Part shown: one piece after another, positions 51,850-64,000 of the stretch | How the letters are laid out: each line of letters opens with the position of its first letter | Position numbering within the stretch: the first letter of the stretch is position 1 | NCBI RefSeq assembly: GCF_964194155.1 | Contig: NC_135899.1 | Location: forward strand, 56,482,001 to 56,546,000 | From: Cetorhinus maximus | Taxonomy: Eukaryota | Length of the DNA: 64,000 bases | Direction: 5' to 3' | The notes under the pieces: generated by a model | Told to the model about the DNA's origin: nothing | The model's input: only the letters and a program-made list of their open reading frames with translations | Databases searched by the model: none | Program-made: the position numbers and the translations under genes

Positions 51850-52700
51850 GGTCTGTACTGAGTTCACTGACCTCAATGCGCCCAGTGAGCCCACGACAAT
51901 TAACTTCCACGCTCCTGCTCAAAACTGTCATAAACCTTGAACACCTTCACCCTTTCGAACTATTATCTCATTCCCAATCTCATTTTCATCAGAGAATCTG
52001 CAGTGTTGTCATCACTCAATTCTATGTGCATCTCTCTCTACTTGAACTCCTCAAGTCCAGTTTCTATCCTGCCCAAAGCACTGAGACTTTCCTAGCCAAA
52101 GCCAGCAATGACATCTTGTGTGCCTGTGACCAGAGTTATCGCTTTTCAACTTCTCTGGCTTGCGACCCCCTTCACTATATTTCTTCTGTGGCACTGCCCT
52201 CATGATTTCCTATGTGCCTCAATGTACCCAGTATATATCCTACAATGGCTGATACTTATATGGCTGCACAGTATATCATTGCATTATTGGCTCCCTCATA
52301 TTCCTCAGCAAGGTTTTCCGTAAAAGCATAGAATTGGCTCTTGTATTACTGATGATAGCCAACATCTCTACACCATTTGGTTCCACAATTGTTACTGACC
52401 AGCTATCAGTCTGACATCAAGATGTGGATGAGACAGGATCTTCTTTTGCTGCTTGCCAATGGTCAGACCAAAGACATCCTGTTCAGAAGGTGATGTATTA
52501 TTCTATCCTTGTGAATGAGGCAGTCTTCTACTTGATGGGCAAATGGACAGTAAATTGCCTGATGTTGCAACCTGGAACGAGGCTGTGGTATAGAAACTAA
52601 GAACCACTTTACTTTCACAGCCACAGGTAGTGCTGTGTCTGGTGTTTGGCTCCAATTCTCGCTGCTACAGGTGACATCTATCAGTGACAGCCTGCTGCTG
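51850..52700 (+). mobile_element. Old L2-like LINE remnant; others at about 55390-56016(+), 21000-21375(-), 44370-44720(-)
   Basis: SSFYPAQSTETFLAKASNDILCACD resembles the L2 RT segment QSGFRP.HSTETAL.KV.NDIL; highly degenerate. Confidence 0.6.
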
Positions 52701-53609
52701 CAACGTGGCCTCCTCACACACTGTCCCTCTGATATGTTGGGTTACAACATCCAGAAAACCCGTTTGCCATAGCTCGTCCTTCTCCCTTGACTCCTTCACC
52801 ATCTTCTTTGACCCACCACATGCCTTTACTGTCACATCTGTTTTTGCCGCTGCTGTGGCAGCCTTAGTGCTAATCCGAGCAACATACCCATCTTTTCTGA
52901 GCCTCCTACAGTCAAAGAGTGCACTGCAGATAAGAGTCAGCCGACCAACTGCTCTGTTCTCTGAACTACATCAAAAGCAGCCAAAAATTGCCCCCAAAAT
53001 CCCCAGCATCCAAAATAGCTTCTGTTGGAATAGAGATGGGGACCCCATTAAATGGCACTGTTTGAACCAACTTCCTGAAACTTGGCATCATATTTTTCTG
53101 GGCAGCTACAGAAATTCCCAGGCAGCAATTGCTGGCAGTCAACTAATGTTTGTCTTTAATCATATGATGGCAGCCACATTTTGTGTGAACTTCTGGCATG
53201 GGGCATATGACTGTGAAATTTGCAAGTCCAACACTGAATTCACACACTAACTATTGGCGAGATGCAAAGGAATTTCTATTCCAGCTCCTCCAAAAATTCA
53301 GCACAGCCTTCGTACCAGCTAAGATGATGTGCTCAGCTCTTAGGGTGGAGCTTGAATCCACAAACTTCTACTCATTGCTAAGAGTCTTACCATTTGAGCT
53401 GAACTATCACAACAGACAAGTTTTCATTGCCTAGATTTCGTCGTGTTGGACAGATTGTTTTTGTCAGTCTAATAATGAGAAATATTTTACCTTAGTAATT
53501 CCCACAGTTATTAGTTTTCTCTATTGTATCAGTTAAAAAATGAAATATGGGACAGATGTCAATTGAAGTATGTGAGAGTATGTACAGTAGTGCAGCGTTT
53601 CGTTATAAT

Positions 53610-54199
53610 GGCCAGGGTTTTCCGGTCGTCAGGCGAGCTGGAAAGCTGCCCGCAATTGGGCCGCGATTTCATGCTGGCGGGCCAATTAATGGCTAGCCAA
53701 TGTGAATTGTGCGCTGTAGCGCTGCCAGGGTGGGGAGAGGGTGAGTGCAAAAGTTCACAGGTGCACGCAGAGCTGCCTCAGGGAGCTGAAGCTTTTTAAA
53801 ATAAAAGTAAAGAATTTAAATATGTTAAAAACATGTCCCCTCATCTGTCACGTGAGCAGGGACATGTTAGAAATGAGTCTGAATTTTTAAAATTTTATAT
53901 TCGCTGATCAAAACCTCATCCCGCCCGTGGATGAGGTTTCGCAAAAAATCCAAAGGCTGCCTGGTCGATTTGCCGTAAGGTTGGCTGGGCAGAGAAATTT
54001 CTTTTAATTAGTCCATTAAGGGCCTTAATAAGCTGCCTAATTGTTGGCAGGCGCGCTGCCGACTCCCACATGCGCCCGCCGACCGAAATATCACACGATT
54101 GCGCAGTGACGTTGGGACGCTCACCCAACGTCATCGTGCGTCATTTTACACTCGTTCGGGTCGGGCACACGTCCGCCCAACGAGCGCAATATTCTGCCT
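53610..54199. mobile_element. Harbinger-type MITE in DNALI1 intron 1
   Basis: Imperfect TIRs GGCCAGGGTTTT / AATATTCTGCCT, 3-bp TSD AAT on both sides, several internal palindromes. Confidence 0.78.
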
Positions 54200-54453
54200 A
54201 ATGTGTTGTAAATGTCACTAAAAATCAATAAATGGATTCATTCTTCACTGGGCTTTTTAGTCAACTGTCACACATGCCCCCTTAGCTCAGAAATAGCCAA
54301 ATTAAAAAGGCCCAAGTTTTAATTTTTGTTTAGTTTTGAAAGTAATATTCCTGGTTCACAGAAGGATCAGCGATTTGTATCTGCTGGAGATTCCAATACT
54401 TGGTAGGTCAGTGTTGCATTGCAGAATCCAATTTGCCTCTTTATGTGTTACAG

Positions 54454-54587
54454 GCTCGGCCCTTCAAAATGAGTCACCAGCAGCCGACATCTACATCACC
54501 AATTCCAAGTCCTCCAAAAGCCAAAACAGTTTCTATAGACATCACCAAGCAGACTGAGGAGATTTTAAATGCGATTTTGCCACCCAG
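54454..54587 (+). CDS. DNALI1: DNALI1 coding exon 2
   Basis: ARPFKMSHQQP...TKQTEEILNAILPP(R); 134 nt, AG/GT boundaries. Confidence 0.95.
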
Positions 54588-56016
54588 GTAAACCGGCAGG
54601 ATTTCCCCCACAAATTGAAAGGCATTTAATTGGGAAATTTGAAGATTTCAGTCCAGAAAAAATAGCATTACATTTTGTAACTAATTTTATTGCATTGCTT
54701 GATAGTGTTTTTCAAATTAATTTCAATACAGCTTTTTATAACATTAGCATCTTGTGGAGAGGAGGTTTTATAGAATTGGAGTCATTGTTAAGTCGCACAG
54801 CTAATGTTTTGAACCCAATTTTTCTGTAAAAATGCATTGTATTTTGTGTCAAACATGAGACTTTTTAATCCACAGGTTTTATTCCATAGTTGTTATCTAC
54901 CACAAGAGTGGTACAAACCAGTTTTACTTTGTACTGTTACTGTGGACTTTTGGGTATCTATTAAGGACAGACTTTATAAATTTAAGACTTGGAGTGTTAC
55001 AGGTTTTGCGCTCCAGTGTGTCACCCAGGTGATGTAGATCTAACTCTACACTCTGTTATCCACATCAGCAACAAAAATGGGTCATGAGGAAATCTAGATA
55101 CTGAATGTCAGAAGAGAGACATGACAGCTGAGCACAGTGCTGACCTCATGTAATATCTATACAGGCACACTTGCCAGCAGTGTCAACAAACTATGATTAC
55201 AACAGCCCAAAAATACAAAAGAAATTGCATTTAAAAAGTATCTTATCATGTCCAAAAGTGCTTCAGGATCAATTTGAGGTACATGCATTCTTGCTATGTT
55301 GGCAAATATGGCAGCCAATTTGTACAGATATCCTACAAAGAGAAAATAAGATGAATGGCCAATTAAACTATTTTTAGCGATGTTGGTTTCCCTCCTCATC
55401 CATCTTGACCTCTCTGTAGTCATTGACATGGTTGATCACACTATCCTGCTACAACACCTCTCCTCTGCTGTCCAGCTGGGCGGGACTGCCCTTGCCTGAC
55501 TCCACTCTTATTCACCCAATAGTGGTCAGAAAATCTGCAATGGTTCCTCTTCCCAGCTCCACTCAATTACCTCTGGAGTCCCCAAAGATCTATCCTTAGT
55601 CCTCTCCTATTTCTCATCTACACATTGCCCTCAGCAACAGCATCCAAAGACTTGTTGTCAGGCTTCATCTGTACATTGGAACACTCAACACTACTTTACC
55701 ACCGTCTTTCTGGACTTCTCAACTGCCTCAGTATTTGACTTACAGTTCTGGCTGAGCCATAACATCCTCCAATTAAACGTTTGGAAGACCAAAGCCATTA
55801 TCTTTGACCCCTATCACAAACTCCATTCCCTAGCCACTGATTCCATTCCGCTCCCTGGACACTGTCTGAGGCTGTACCAGATCTTTCGTAACTGTGCTAA
55901 CCTATTTGATTCTGAGCTGAGCTTCCGTCTCCCTATTCTCTCTATCACAAAGGCCCTTAACTTCTACCTCCATAATATCACTTATCTCCGACCCTGCCTC
56001 AGCTCATCTGTGGCTG

Positions 56017-56790
56017 AGAAAAGAGACATTTTTTGTCAAAGCCTTTTGTCTTGCACTCATCAGGACAATTCGCAAGAAAATACCAATGTCAGGAGAAACA
56101 ACATATTTATACTGTATGAGAAGAGAGTGCTGATTGGTTGGCAAGTGGACTCTGATTGGTAGACGTGTTGCCATGGGGAATGCACCATTGACTGTGACCT
56201 ACAGTTAACTGCTAAGCATTGTTTGAAATTTAAACCAGGCAGCTTGACTCTGATGGGTCAAGACATTGTCCTGGAATGAACAAGTGAATGGCTGTCACTT
56301 ATTTTGTTTAGCTGAAATGGGCGCAATGTATGTACAGGTTCTTTCTGTCTGCAAAGAACAGGGTCTTATGAATTAGTATATGTAGCTTCTAGTACATGCA
56401 AATGCGCCACACTGCAAGCCTGACTGACAATCTTAAACTGGTTGTCAGCATAATTCTTAGCTCTGAGGATTATTTAGCAAATTTGCTAATCACATCTAAT
56501 GTTGGACACTGTTTTGAGTTTTGCAAGCCCGGGCTGGTTGCATACAGTCTGTACCTTGCCCATTGTGAACAGTGGAAGGGGCATGCTGTTTGATACAATC
56601 CACCAGCCTTTGGGACATACCTAGCATCACACTGGCACTGAAAGTCATACACCACGTTATTCATTTGTGTGATAGGCGAAGTGTCTTTTTGGCTTGACGG
56701 CAGCATCCTGTTAGAGGTGAATACCACTTGTATTGCTCTCAAAAATTTAAGCAACAGGTGAAGCCAGTTGTTTCATGCTGCTACTATGCC
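56017..56790 (-). mobile_element. Second Penelope-like family fragment (GIY-YIG + pLTR)
   Basis: MNNVVYDFQCQCDARYV GIY-YIG-like start in ORF 56470-56754; terminal region matches the 31012-31252 inverted repeat and contains CTGATGA core. Confidence 0.7.
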
Positions 56791-57228
56791 GCTGCTATAC
56801 TGGAATGCTCAACCTATTACCTCAGTTAAAATTTAGTGAACAAAGTAAGGCACTATAACTTCCTTAAGAATCTATCCGACTGTCAGCCATAACAGATCTA
56901 CATAATTAAACTTTCAGCTAGCACCTGTAGGTAGACGACAATTCACAAACATTTTAAATAGTTCAGTAGTACCCATTCATACCATTCATTTCAAAATAGT
57001 CCTACTGGGAAATTAGAATAAAGTGGAACAAAAACTATTACCTTACAAATCGTAAAGGACACTGATTCAATGGCATAAAAAACAGCTTATACACCTTAAA
57101 TGACCACTTTTTTCTTCTTGTCAATTTGATGACGCCATACTGTGTCTATATCACCCTTAAACTTGCTAAGGAGTTTACATCTTAATTTCTATTCAAGATC
57201 AGTCTAAAGGTCATCGATCTGGAACGTT

Positions 57229-57905
57229 GGGCAGGATTTTCCCTCCAGGGGTGTGAAACAGAGGTCAGGACAGTTTCCAGGTGCTGAACTCACCTCCAGG
57301 GGTGGAGGGATGGAACACAGCCATTCATTGTGATTTTTACTGGGCAGCCCCTTAATTGGCATAGAGACAGGCTCTCCATCCAATTAAGGACACCAAGTGG
57401 GCTTTCAAAGCTGCTGAAGGCCAACTAGAGGCTTCCCAGTTTAAAAAGAACAGTAGGCTGCAAAAGAGGGTAAGTAAGGGAGAGGGCACTTCAAGATAAA
57501 CTTTAAATTAAAAACTGGACCTTACAGCCAGGCCATAACTGGGAGGGAGCCCCTCTACAGGATGGCCTGTGGCTGCTCCTGCACTCAGGCAAGCATGAAG
57601 GGCCGCTGGGCCTACCTGGAGTGCTGGCTTCCCGCAGACCATCCCCAGGCACCTAAATGGCCTCTGCCACCTCTGGGAACTTGGAGGCCGACTGGAAAAT
57701 TCAAGTGGGCCTCCTTAATTAACCTCACTAAGCTCACAATGAACCATGTTGGCCACCCTTCTTCCCAGCCCTCACTCATCGCATCTCTACAAAATTGGCC
57801 TGGAGCTGGGATAGAGCCAGGGAACTGGCATGCCAGCTAGCGGGGTTACTTTTAGTTCTGGCCCGCCCCCATCCCTGGCCCCGGTGTGGGCTCAAATTCC
57901 TGCCT
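57229..57905. mobile_element. Harbinger-type MITE inserted in a PLE terminal fragment
   Basis: TIRs GGGCAGGATTTT / AAATTCCTGCCT, 3-bp TSD GTT (57226-57228 and 57906-57908); host sequence ...AACGTT|AACTCTGTTTCTCTCTCCACAG rejoins across it. Confidence 0.85.
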
Positions 57906-58478
57906 GTTAACTCTGTTTCTCTCTCCACAGGTGCTGCCTTACTGGCTAAGTGTTTCCAGCATTTTCTGCTTTTGTTTCAGACTGAGGTTAATCTGACCTT
58001 CCAGGCTTTGTACAGGTGATGTTGATCCAATGGGTTGAATTCTTTTCCATTGAGTTTACGAGTTTCAACCCAGTCCCCAATGATTATACAAGCTAAAGAA
58101 CAGAATCGTTAACAATTTTTTACTGATTTGGCATTCTCACTCAAAATAGAACAAGGATGGCTGACTGGCAAAATGAATGTTCTTCTAAGATGGAGTTGAG
58201 GCACGTTGTTGGGGCAGGATAGAGAGAGCTTTATTGTGCATCTATTCAATGCCATACCAACTTTGCATGGGTGTACTCAACCCTGACAGACTTTAAAAAT
58301 ATTCCAAATCCAAGACTGATATGCCTCATCTTGAAGGGCAAAAAAATTTTGAATGTATGCTGTCGATAGACAGAGGGGGAAAATATGCAAAGCAGATACA
58401 TTACAATTCCTAGAAGATAATTGCACAGTTCCATTTTATTAGTGCTATAACCCTCAGCCAATTTACATTGTGTTGCAG

Positions 58479-58648
58479 AGAATGGACGGAAAACTCGCAG
58501 TTGTGGATTCAGCAGGTATCCAGTACTCCCTGCACTCGGATCGATGTTGTCCATCTGCAGGAACAACTAGATCTCAAGCTGCAACAGCGGCAAGCTCGAG
58601 AAACTGGGATTTGCCCAGTCCGTAGAGAGCTGTACTCGCAGTGTTTTG
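58479..58648 (+). CDS. DNALI1: DNALI1 coding exon 3
   Basis: EWTENSQLWIQQVSSTPCTRIDVVHLQEQLDLKLQQRQARETGICPVRRELYSQCF; 170 nt, GTAAGT donor. Confidence 0.97.
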
Positions 58649-59528
58649 GTAAGTCTCTTCAGGGCTCTTTATCTTTTGTTACATTGATAAATGCATAAAA
58701 ATTAAGAACAAATCTTCAGAGAAATTCAATAATCAGGCTTCTGTTGCAAAACCTCTTGTCAGAATCTCTTCCCGTCTCCCACAAAAAAACTAAAATCTAA
58801 TACATGTATGGCACACTTTAGGTAATGGGCGTAGAAGCAAAATGTCCGCATAAATTTAAAACACTGTGTTCTCAATTGGCAGGAGATAGCAGTAAATACC
58901 AAGAGAAGCCAAATGTCAGAATCAGGTCACTAGCCCACCTGCCAATCTTTAACTACAACTGTTTGTATGTATCTGAATTAACACTGGTTTGAGACTTGGC
59001 ATGAGGTGGGTTTTGTTTACACCTGCACCGATTTAATACTTATCACTGGAGGCATTTACAGTAGCTAAAGGAGGTCTTTTTGTGTCCATAAACCCAATAT
59101 CGATATTCTCGCTGTCATTAATAATGTTCTTTGAAGTGGTGACCCCTAGTTTCTTTCTTCCAAATTTCTCTTGGAAAGACATTTACATGCTGCTGTATTG
59201 TTCCATGTGAACTGATAGCCCTCCCATATATCATGCGTGGGTTTTGACAATGAGCAAGCTATTCAACTTTATGAATCATCACATCCAAACACAAACTAGT
59301 TTCCTAAAGTGGAAAATTACTCTAATGAATGGTCACTATCTTAAATGGAATAAAATGCACACTGTCGCATCCCTTATTAATGTACTTAATTAAAAACTGG
59401 AAATTAAACAAAGGCTGGGAATTGGCACTTTTTGTGATGCAACATCATGAAGTTCTGCTGCTGTGATACATGAGCTATGTAAGGCATAGATTTTTTTTGT
59501 GAGTTGTGTTTTGCATTGTTCTTCATAG

Positions 59529-59707
59529 ATGAACTGATCAGACAGGTGACCATAAACTGTGCCGAGCGTGGATTACTGTTGTTGCGAGTCCGCGATGAGA
59601 TCCGTATGACCATTTCTGCCTATCAGACCCTGTACGAAAGCAGTGTTGCCTTTGGGATGAGGAAAGCTTTGCAAGCAGAAGAGGGAAAAACTGATATGGA
59701 GAAGAAG
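59529..59707 (+). CDS. DNALI1: DNALI1 coding exon 4 (gene continues beyond the window)
   Basis: (D)ELIRQVTINCAERGLLLLRVRDEIRMTISAYQTLYESSVAFGMRKALQAEEGKTDMEKK; 179 nt. Confidence 0.97.
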
Positions 59708-60487
59708 GTAAATGTTTGTTGTTGGTTAAAATTGTAATTCAGTTGCCCATGTGAGTAGATTGATAATTAAAAGAAATTTGATTTTTAATTGGTCACCATT
59801 ATTACTATACTTCTGCTTGTTGGGGAGTTGTTTACTGCACATAGTACTCATTAGGCAATGCTGTTCGCCTACTTAGTAGAAAGCTAACACTGTGTAGTAA
59901 CCCAGTACGAACATTACATATACACAACATATACCTTTCTAATCAGCTTTCAAGATTTTTTTCTCTTTAAGGAGGAATCGAAAGAGCCAGTGTGTACAGG
60001 GATTCTATTATATTTATATGATGTACCGTTTGGATATGGTAGCACAGTGGCTAAGTTACTGAGTAATCCAGAGGTCAGGTCTCATGATCTGGAAGCAAGT
60101 TCAGCAGGGGAATTTAAATTCAGTTAATTAAATAAATAAATAAAAAGTTACTGTCAGTGCTGGTGATCATGAAATTGCTGGAATGTTGTTTTTCCACCTG
60201 GTTCACGAACGTTCTTTAGGGAAGGAACTTTGCCATCCAGACTGGTATGGCTTGTAAGTGAATCTAAACCCATAATAATGGTGATGACTCTCAGCTGACC
60301 TCTGAAACATCCTAGCAAGCCACTCAGTTGTGTCAAATTGCTGTGAAAAAGCTGAATAATAAAAAAAACAGACACTTCAACATAGGCGCACCCATCTCAG
60401 ACAATCCTTCAAAGTCCTCCTCACTAACATCTGAGAACTTGTACCAACTTTGGGAAAGACTAGACAAGCAACAGTTACAGATAAAGT

Positions 60488-63400
60488 TTCTGGACTAGTA
60501 ATCCCGAGACCCAGGGTAATGCACTGGGGACCCGGGTACGAATCCTACCATGGTAGATGGTGAAGTTTGAACTCAATAAAAGCCTGGGATTAAAAGTCTA
60601 ATGATGATCATGAAACCATTGTCAATTGTTGGAAAAACCCATCTGGTTCACTAATGTCCCTTAGGGAAGGAAATCTGCCGTCCTTACCTGGTCTGGCCTA
60701 CCATAAGACATAGGAGCAGAAATTAGGCCATTCAGCCCATGGAGTCTGCTCCGCCATTCAATCATAGCTGATAACTTTCTCAACCCCATTCACCCACCTT
60801 CTCCCCTTAACCTTTGATCCCCTTACCAATCAAGAACCTATCTATCTCGGTTTTAAATACACTCAATGACCTGGCCTCCACAGCCTTCTGTGGCAATGAA
60901 TTCCATAGATTCACCACTCTCTGGCTAAAGAAGTTTCTCCTCATCTCTGTTCTAAAAGGTCTTCCCTTTACTCTGAGGCTGTGCCCTCGGGTCCTAGTCT
61001 CTTCTACTAATTGAAACATCTTCCCCACGTCCACTCTATCCAGGCCTTTCAGTATTGTGTAAGTTTCAATCAGATCCCTCCTCATCCTTCTAAACTCCAT
61101 CGAGTATAGACCCAGAGTCCTCAAACGTTCCTCATATGTTAAGCCTTTCATTCCTGGGATTGTTCTCGTGAACCTCCTCTGGACCCTCTCCAAGGCCAGA
61201 ACATCCTTCCTGAGATACGGGGCCCAAAATTGCTCACAATATTCTAAATGTAGTCTTACCAGAGCCTTATAAAGCCTCAGCAGCCATCCCTGCTTTTATA
61301 TTCTAGTCCTCTCGAAATAAATGCCAACATTCCATTTGCCTTCCTAACTACCGACTCAACCAGCGAGTTAACCTTAAGAGAATCCTGGACTAGGACTCCC
61401 AACTCCCTTTGCACTCCAGATTTCTGAATTCTCTCCCCATTTAGAAAATAGTCTATGCCTCTATTCTTCCTACCAAAGTGCATGACCTCACACTTGTCCA
61501 CGTTGTATTTCATCTGCCACTTCTTTGCCCATTCTTCTAAGCTGTCCAAATCCTTCTGCAGCCTCCCTGCCACCTCAATACAAATACAATGTCCCTCCAC
61601 CTATCGTTGTATCATCTGCAAACTTAGCCAGGATGCCCTCAGTTCCTTCATCTAGATCATTAATGTATAAAGTGAAAAATTGTGGTCCCAACACTGACCC
61701 CTGCGGAACTCCACAAGTCACCGGCCGCCATCCTGAGAAGGACCCCCTTATTCCCACTCTCTGCCTCCTGCCAGAAAGCCAATCTTCTATCCATGCTAGT
61801 ACCTTGCCTCTAACACCATGGGCTCTTATCTAACTGAGCAGCCTCCTGTGCAGCACCTTGTCAAAGGCCTTCTGGAAGTCCAAGTAGATAACATCCATTG
61901 GTTCTCCTTTGTCTAACCTACTCGTTAACTCCTCAAAGAATTCTAACAGATTTGTCAGGCATGACCTCCCCTTGATGAAACCATGCTGACTTTGCCCTAT
62001 TTTACCATGCACTTCCAAGTATTCTGAAATCTCATCATTAATAATGGACTCTAAAATCTTAACCAACGACCGAGGTCAGGCTAATCGGCCTGTAATTTCC
62101 CGTCTTTTGCCTCACTCCCTTCTTAAACAGGGGGGTTACATTAGCGAGTTTCCAGTCCTCTGGGACCCTCCCTGACTCCAGTGATTCCTGAAAGATCACC
62201 ACTAACACCTCCACTATCTCTTCAGCTATCTCCTTCGGAACTCTGAGGTGTAATCCATCTGGTCCAGGTGATTTATCCACCTTCAGATCTTTCAGTTTTC
62301 CTAGCACCTTCTCCTTGGTAATGGCCACCATACTCACCTCTGCCCCGTGACTCTCTTGAACTTTGGGGATGTTATTCATGTCTTCCACCGTGAAGACTGA
62401 CGCTAAGTACCTATTCAGTTCCTCCACCATTTCTTTGTTCCCCACTACTACTTCTCCAGCGTCATTTTCCAGCGGCCCAATGTCCACTTTTGCCTCTCTC
62501 TTGCCCTTTATATATCTAAAAAAACTCTTGCAATCTTCTTTTATATTACTGGATAGTTTACCCTCATATTTAATCTTCTCCCTCCTTATTTCTTTTTTAG
62601 TTGTCCATGTGACTCCAAACCCACAACGAAGTGGTTGACTCTTAACTGCCCTCTGAAATGGCCGAGCAAGCCACTCAGTTGTATCAAACTGCTAAAAAGT
62701 CCAAAAGGAATGAAACCGGATGAACCACCTGGCATTGACCTAGGCACCGGAAATGACAATGGCAAACTCAGCCCTGTTGACCCTGCAAAGTCCTCCTTAC
62801 TAATATTTTTTTTTAATTCATTCATGAGATGTGGGCTCCATTGGCTGGGCCAGCATTTATTGTCCATCCCTAGTTGCCCTTGAGAAGGTGGTGGTAAGCT
62901 GCCTTCATCTGAGGGCTAGTGCCAAAATTGTGAGGGCTGTCCCACAGCCTAGTCAAGTAACAACCTGACATAGTCATACTCACGGAAACATACCTTACAG
63001 ATAATGTCCCAGACTCCACCATCACCATCCCCGGTATGTCCTGTCCCACTACAGGACAGACCTAGCAGAGATGGCGGCACAGTGGTATACAGTCAAGAGG
63101 GAGTTGCCCGGGGAGTCCTCAACATCGACTCCAAACCCCATGAAGCCTCATGGCATCAAGTCAAACATGGGCAAGGAAACCTCCTGATTACCATGTACCG
63201 CCCCTCCCCCCTCAACTGATGAATCAGTACCCCTCTATGTTGAACACCACTTGGAGGAAGCGCTGAGGGTGGGAAGGCATAGAATGTACTCTGGGTGGGG
63301 GACTCAATGTCCATCACCAAGAGTGGCTTGGTAGATCCACCATTGACCGAGCTGGCCGGGTCCTAAAGTTAATAGCTGTTAGACTGGGTTTGTGGCAGGT

Positions 63401-64000
63401 GGTAAGGGAACCAACAAGAGGGAAAAGCATACTTGACCTCATCCTCACCAACCTACCTGCTGCAGATGCACCTGTCCATGACAGTATCAGTAGGAGTGAC
63501 CACTGCACAGTCCTTGTGGAGACGAAGTCCCGTCTTCACATTGAGAATAGCCTCCATTGTGTTGTGTAGAACTACTACAGTGCTAAATGGGATAGATTTT
63601 GAACAAACCTAGCTACACCGGACTGGGCAATCATGAGACGCTGTGGGCCATCAGCAGCAGAATTGTACTCAACCACCATCTGTAACCTCATGGCCTGGCA
63701 TAACCCCCATTCTACCATTACCACCAAGCCAGGGGATCAATCCTGGTTCAATAAAGAATGCAGGAGGGCATGTCAGGAGCAGCACCAGGCATACCTAAAA
63801 ATGTGGTGCCAACCTGGTGAATCTACAGCACAGGACTACTTGCATGCCAAACAGCATAAGCAGCAAGTGATAGACAGAGCTAAGTAATTCCACAACCAAT
63901 GGATCAGATCTAAACTCTGCAGTCCTGCCACATCCAGTCGTGAATAGTGGCAGACAATTGAACAATTCACTGGAGGAGGATGCTCCACAAATATCCCCAT
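60488..64000 (+). mobile_element. Third copy of the tRNA-headed LINE, split by a CR1 insertion (60701-62605) and a short antisense tail insertion (about 62806-62906)
   Basis: Head CTGGACTAGTAATCC...GGGTACGAATCC; ...GGTCTGGCCTA|CATGTGACTCC rejoins across the CR1; APE coding region from about 62790. Confidence 0.85.
60701..62605 (-). mobile_element. Canonical vertebrate CR1 LINE, 5'-truncated, in DNALI1 intron 4
   Basis: [71 protein letters not shown]; CR1-type 3' end. Confidence 0.95.

Overview
Eukaryotic genomic DNA from a vertebrate; the repeat families point to a cartilaginous fish (shark-type), which is an inference. It carries the conserved MEAF6(-) / SNIP1(-) / DNALI1(+) gene block. MEAF6 is complete: 7 constitutive coding exons plus a 30-nt cassette microexon, 192/202 aa. 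SNIP1 is complete in 3 coding exons, 364 aa. DNALI1 exons 1-4 are present and the gene runs off the right end. The rest is mostly transposable elements: two decayed PIF/Harbinger elements and related MITEs, two Penelope-like (PLE) families with hammerhead-ribozyme-like motifs, canonical CR1, L2, Tx1, tRNA-derived SINEs, and a single-ORF APE-RT LINE with a tRNA-derived head. Main leads: (1) an 11-unit ~41-bp minisatellite at the MEAF6 promoter in which each unit carries a CTCF-like motif; (2) the tRNA-headed LINE, whose sense strand has no T4 run shared between copies, plus a bipartite SINE built from its ends; (3) minimal hammerhead motifs, including a recurrent core variant, inside SNIP1 introns; (4) a 1.2-kb purine-rich minisatellite between the DNALI1 RFX X-box and its ATG; (5) the conserved MEAF6 neural-type microexon. 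Exon coordinates were read by hand and checked for phase; repeat boundaries are approximate. No database searches were run.
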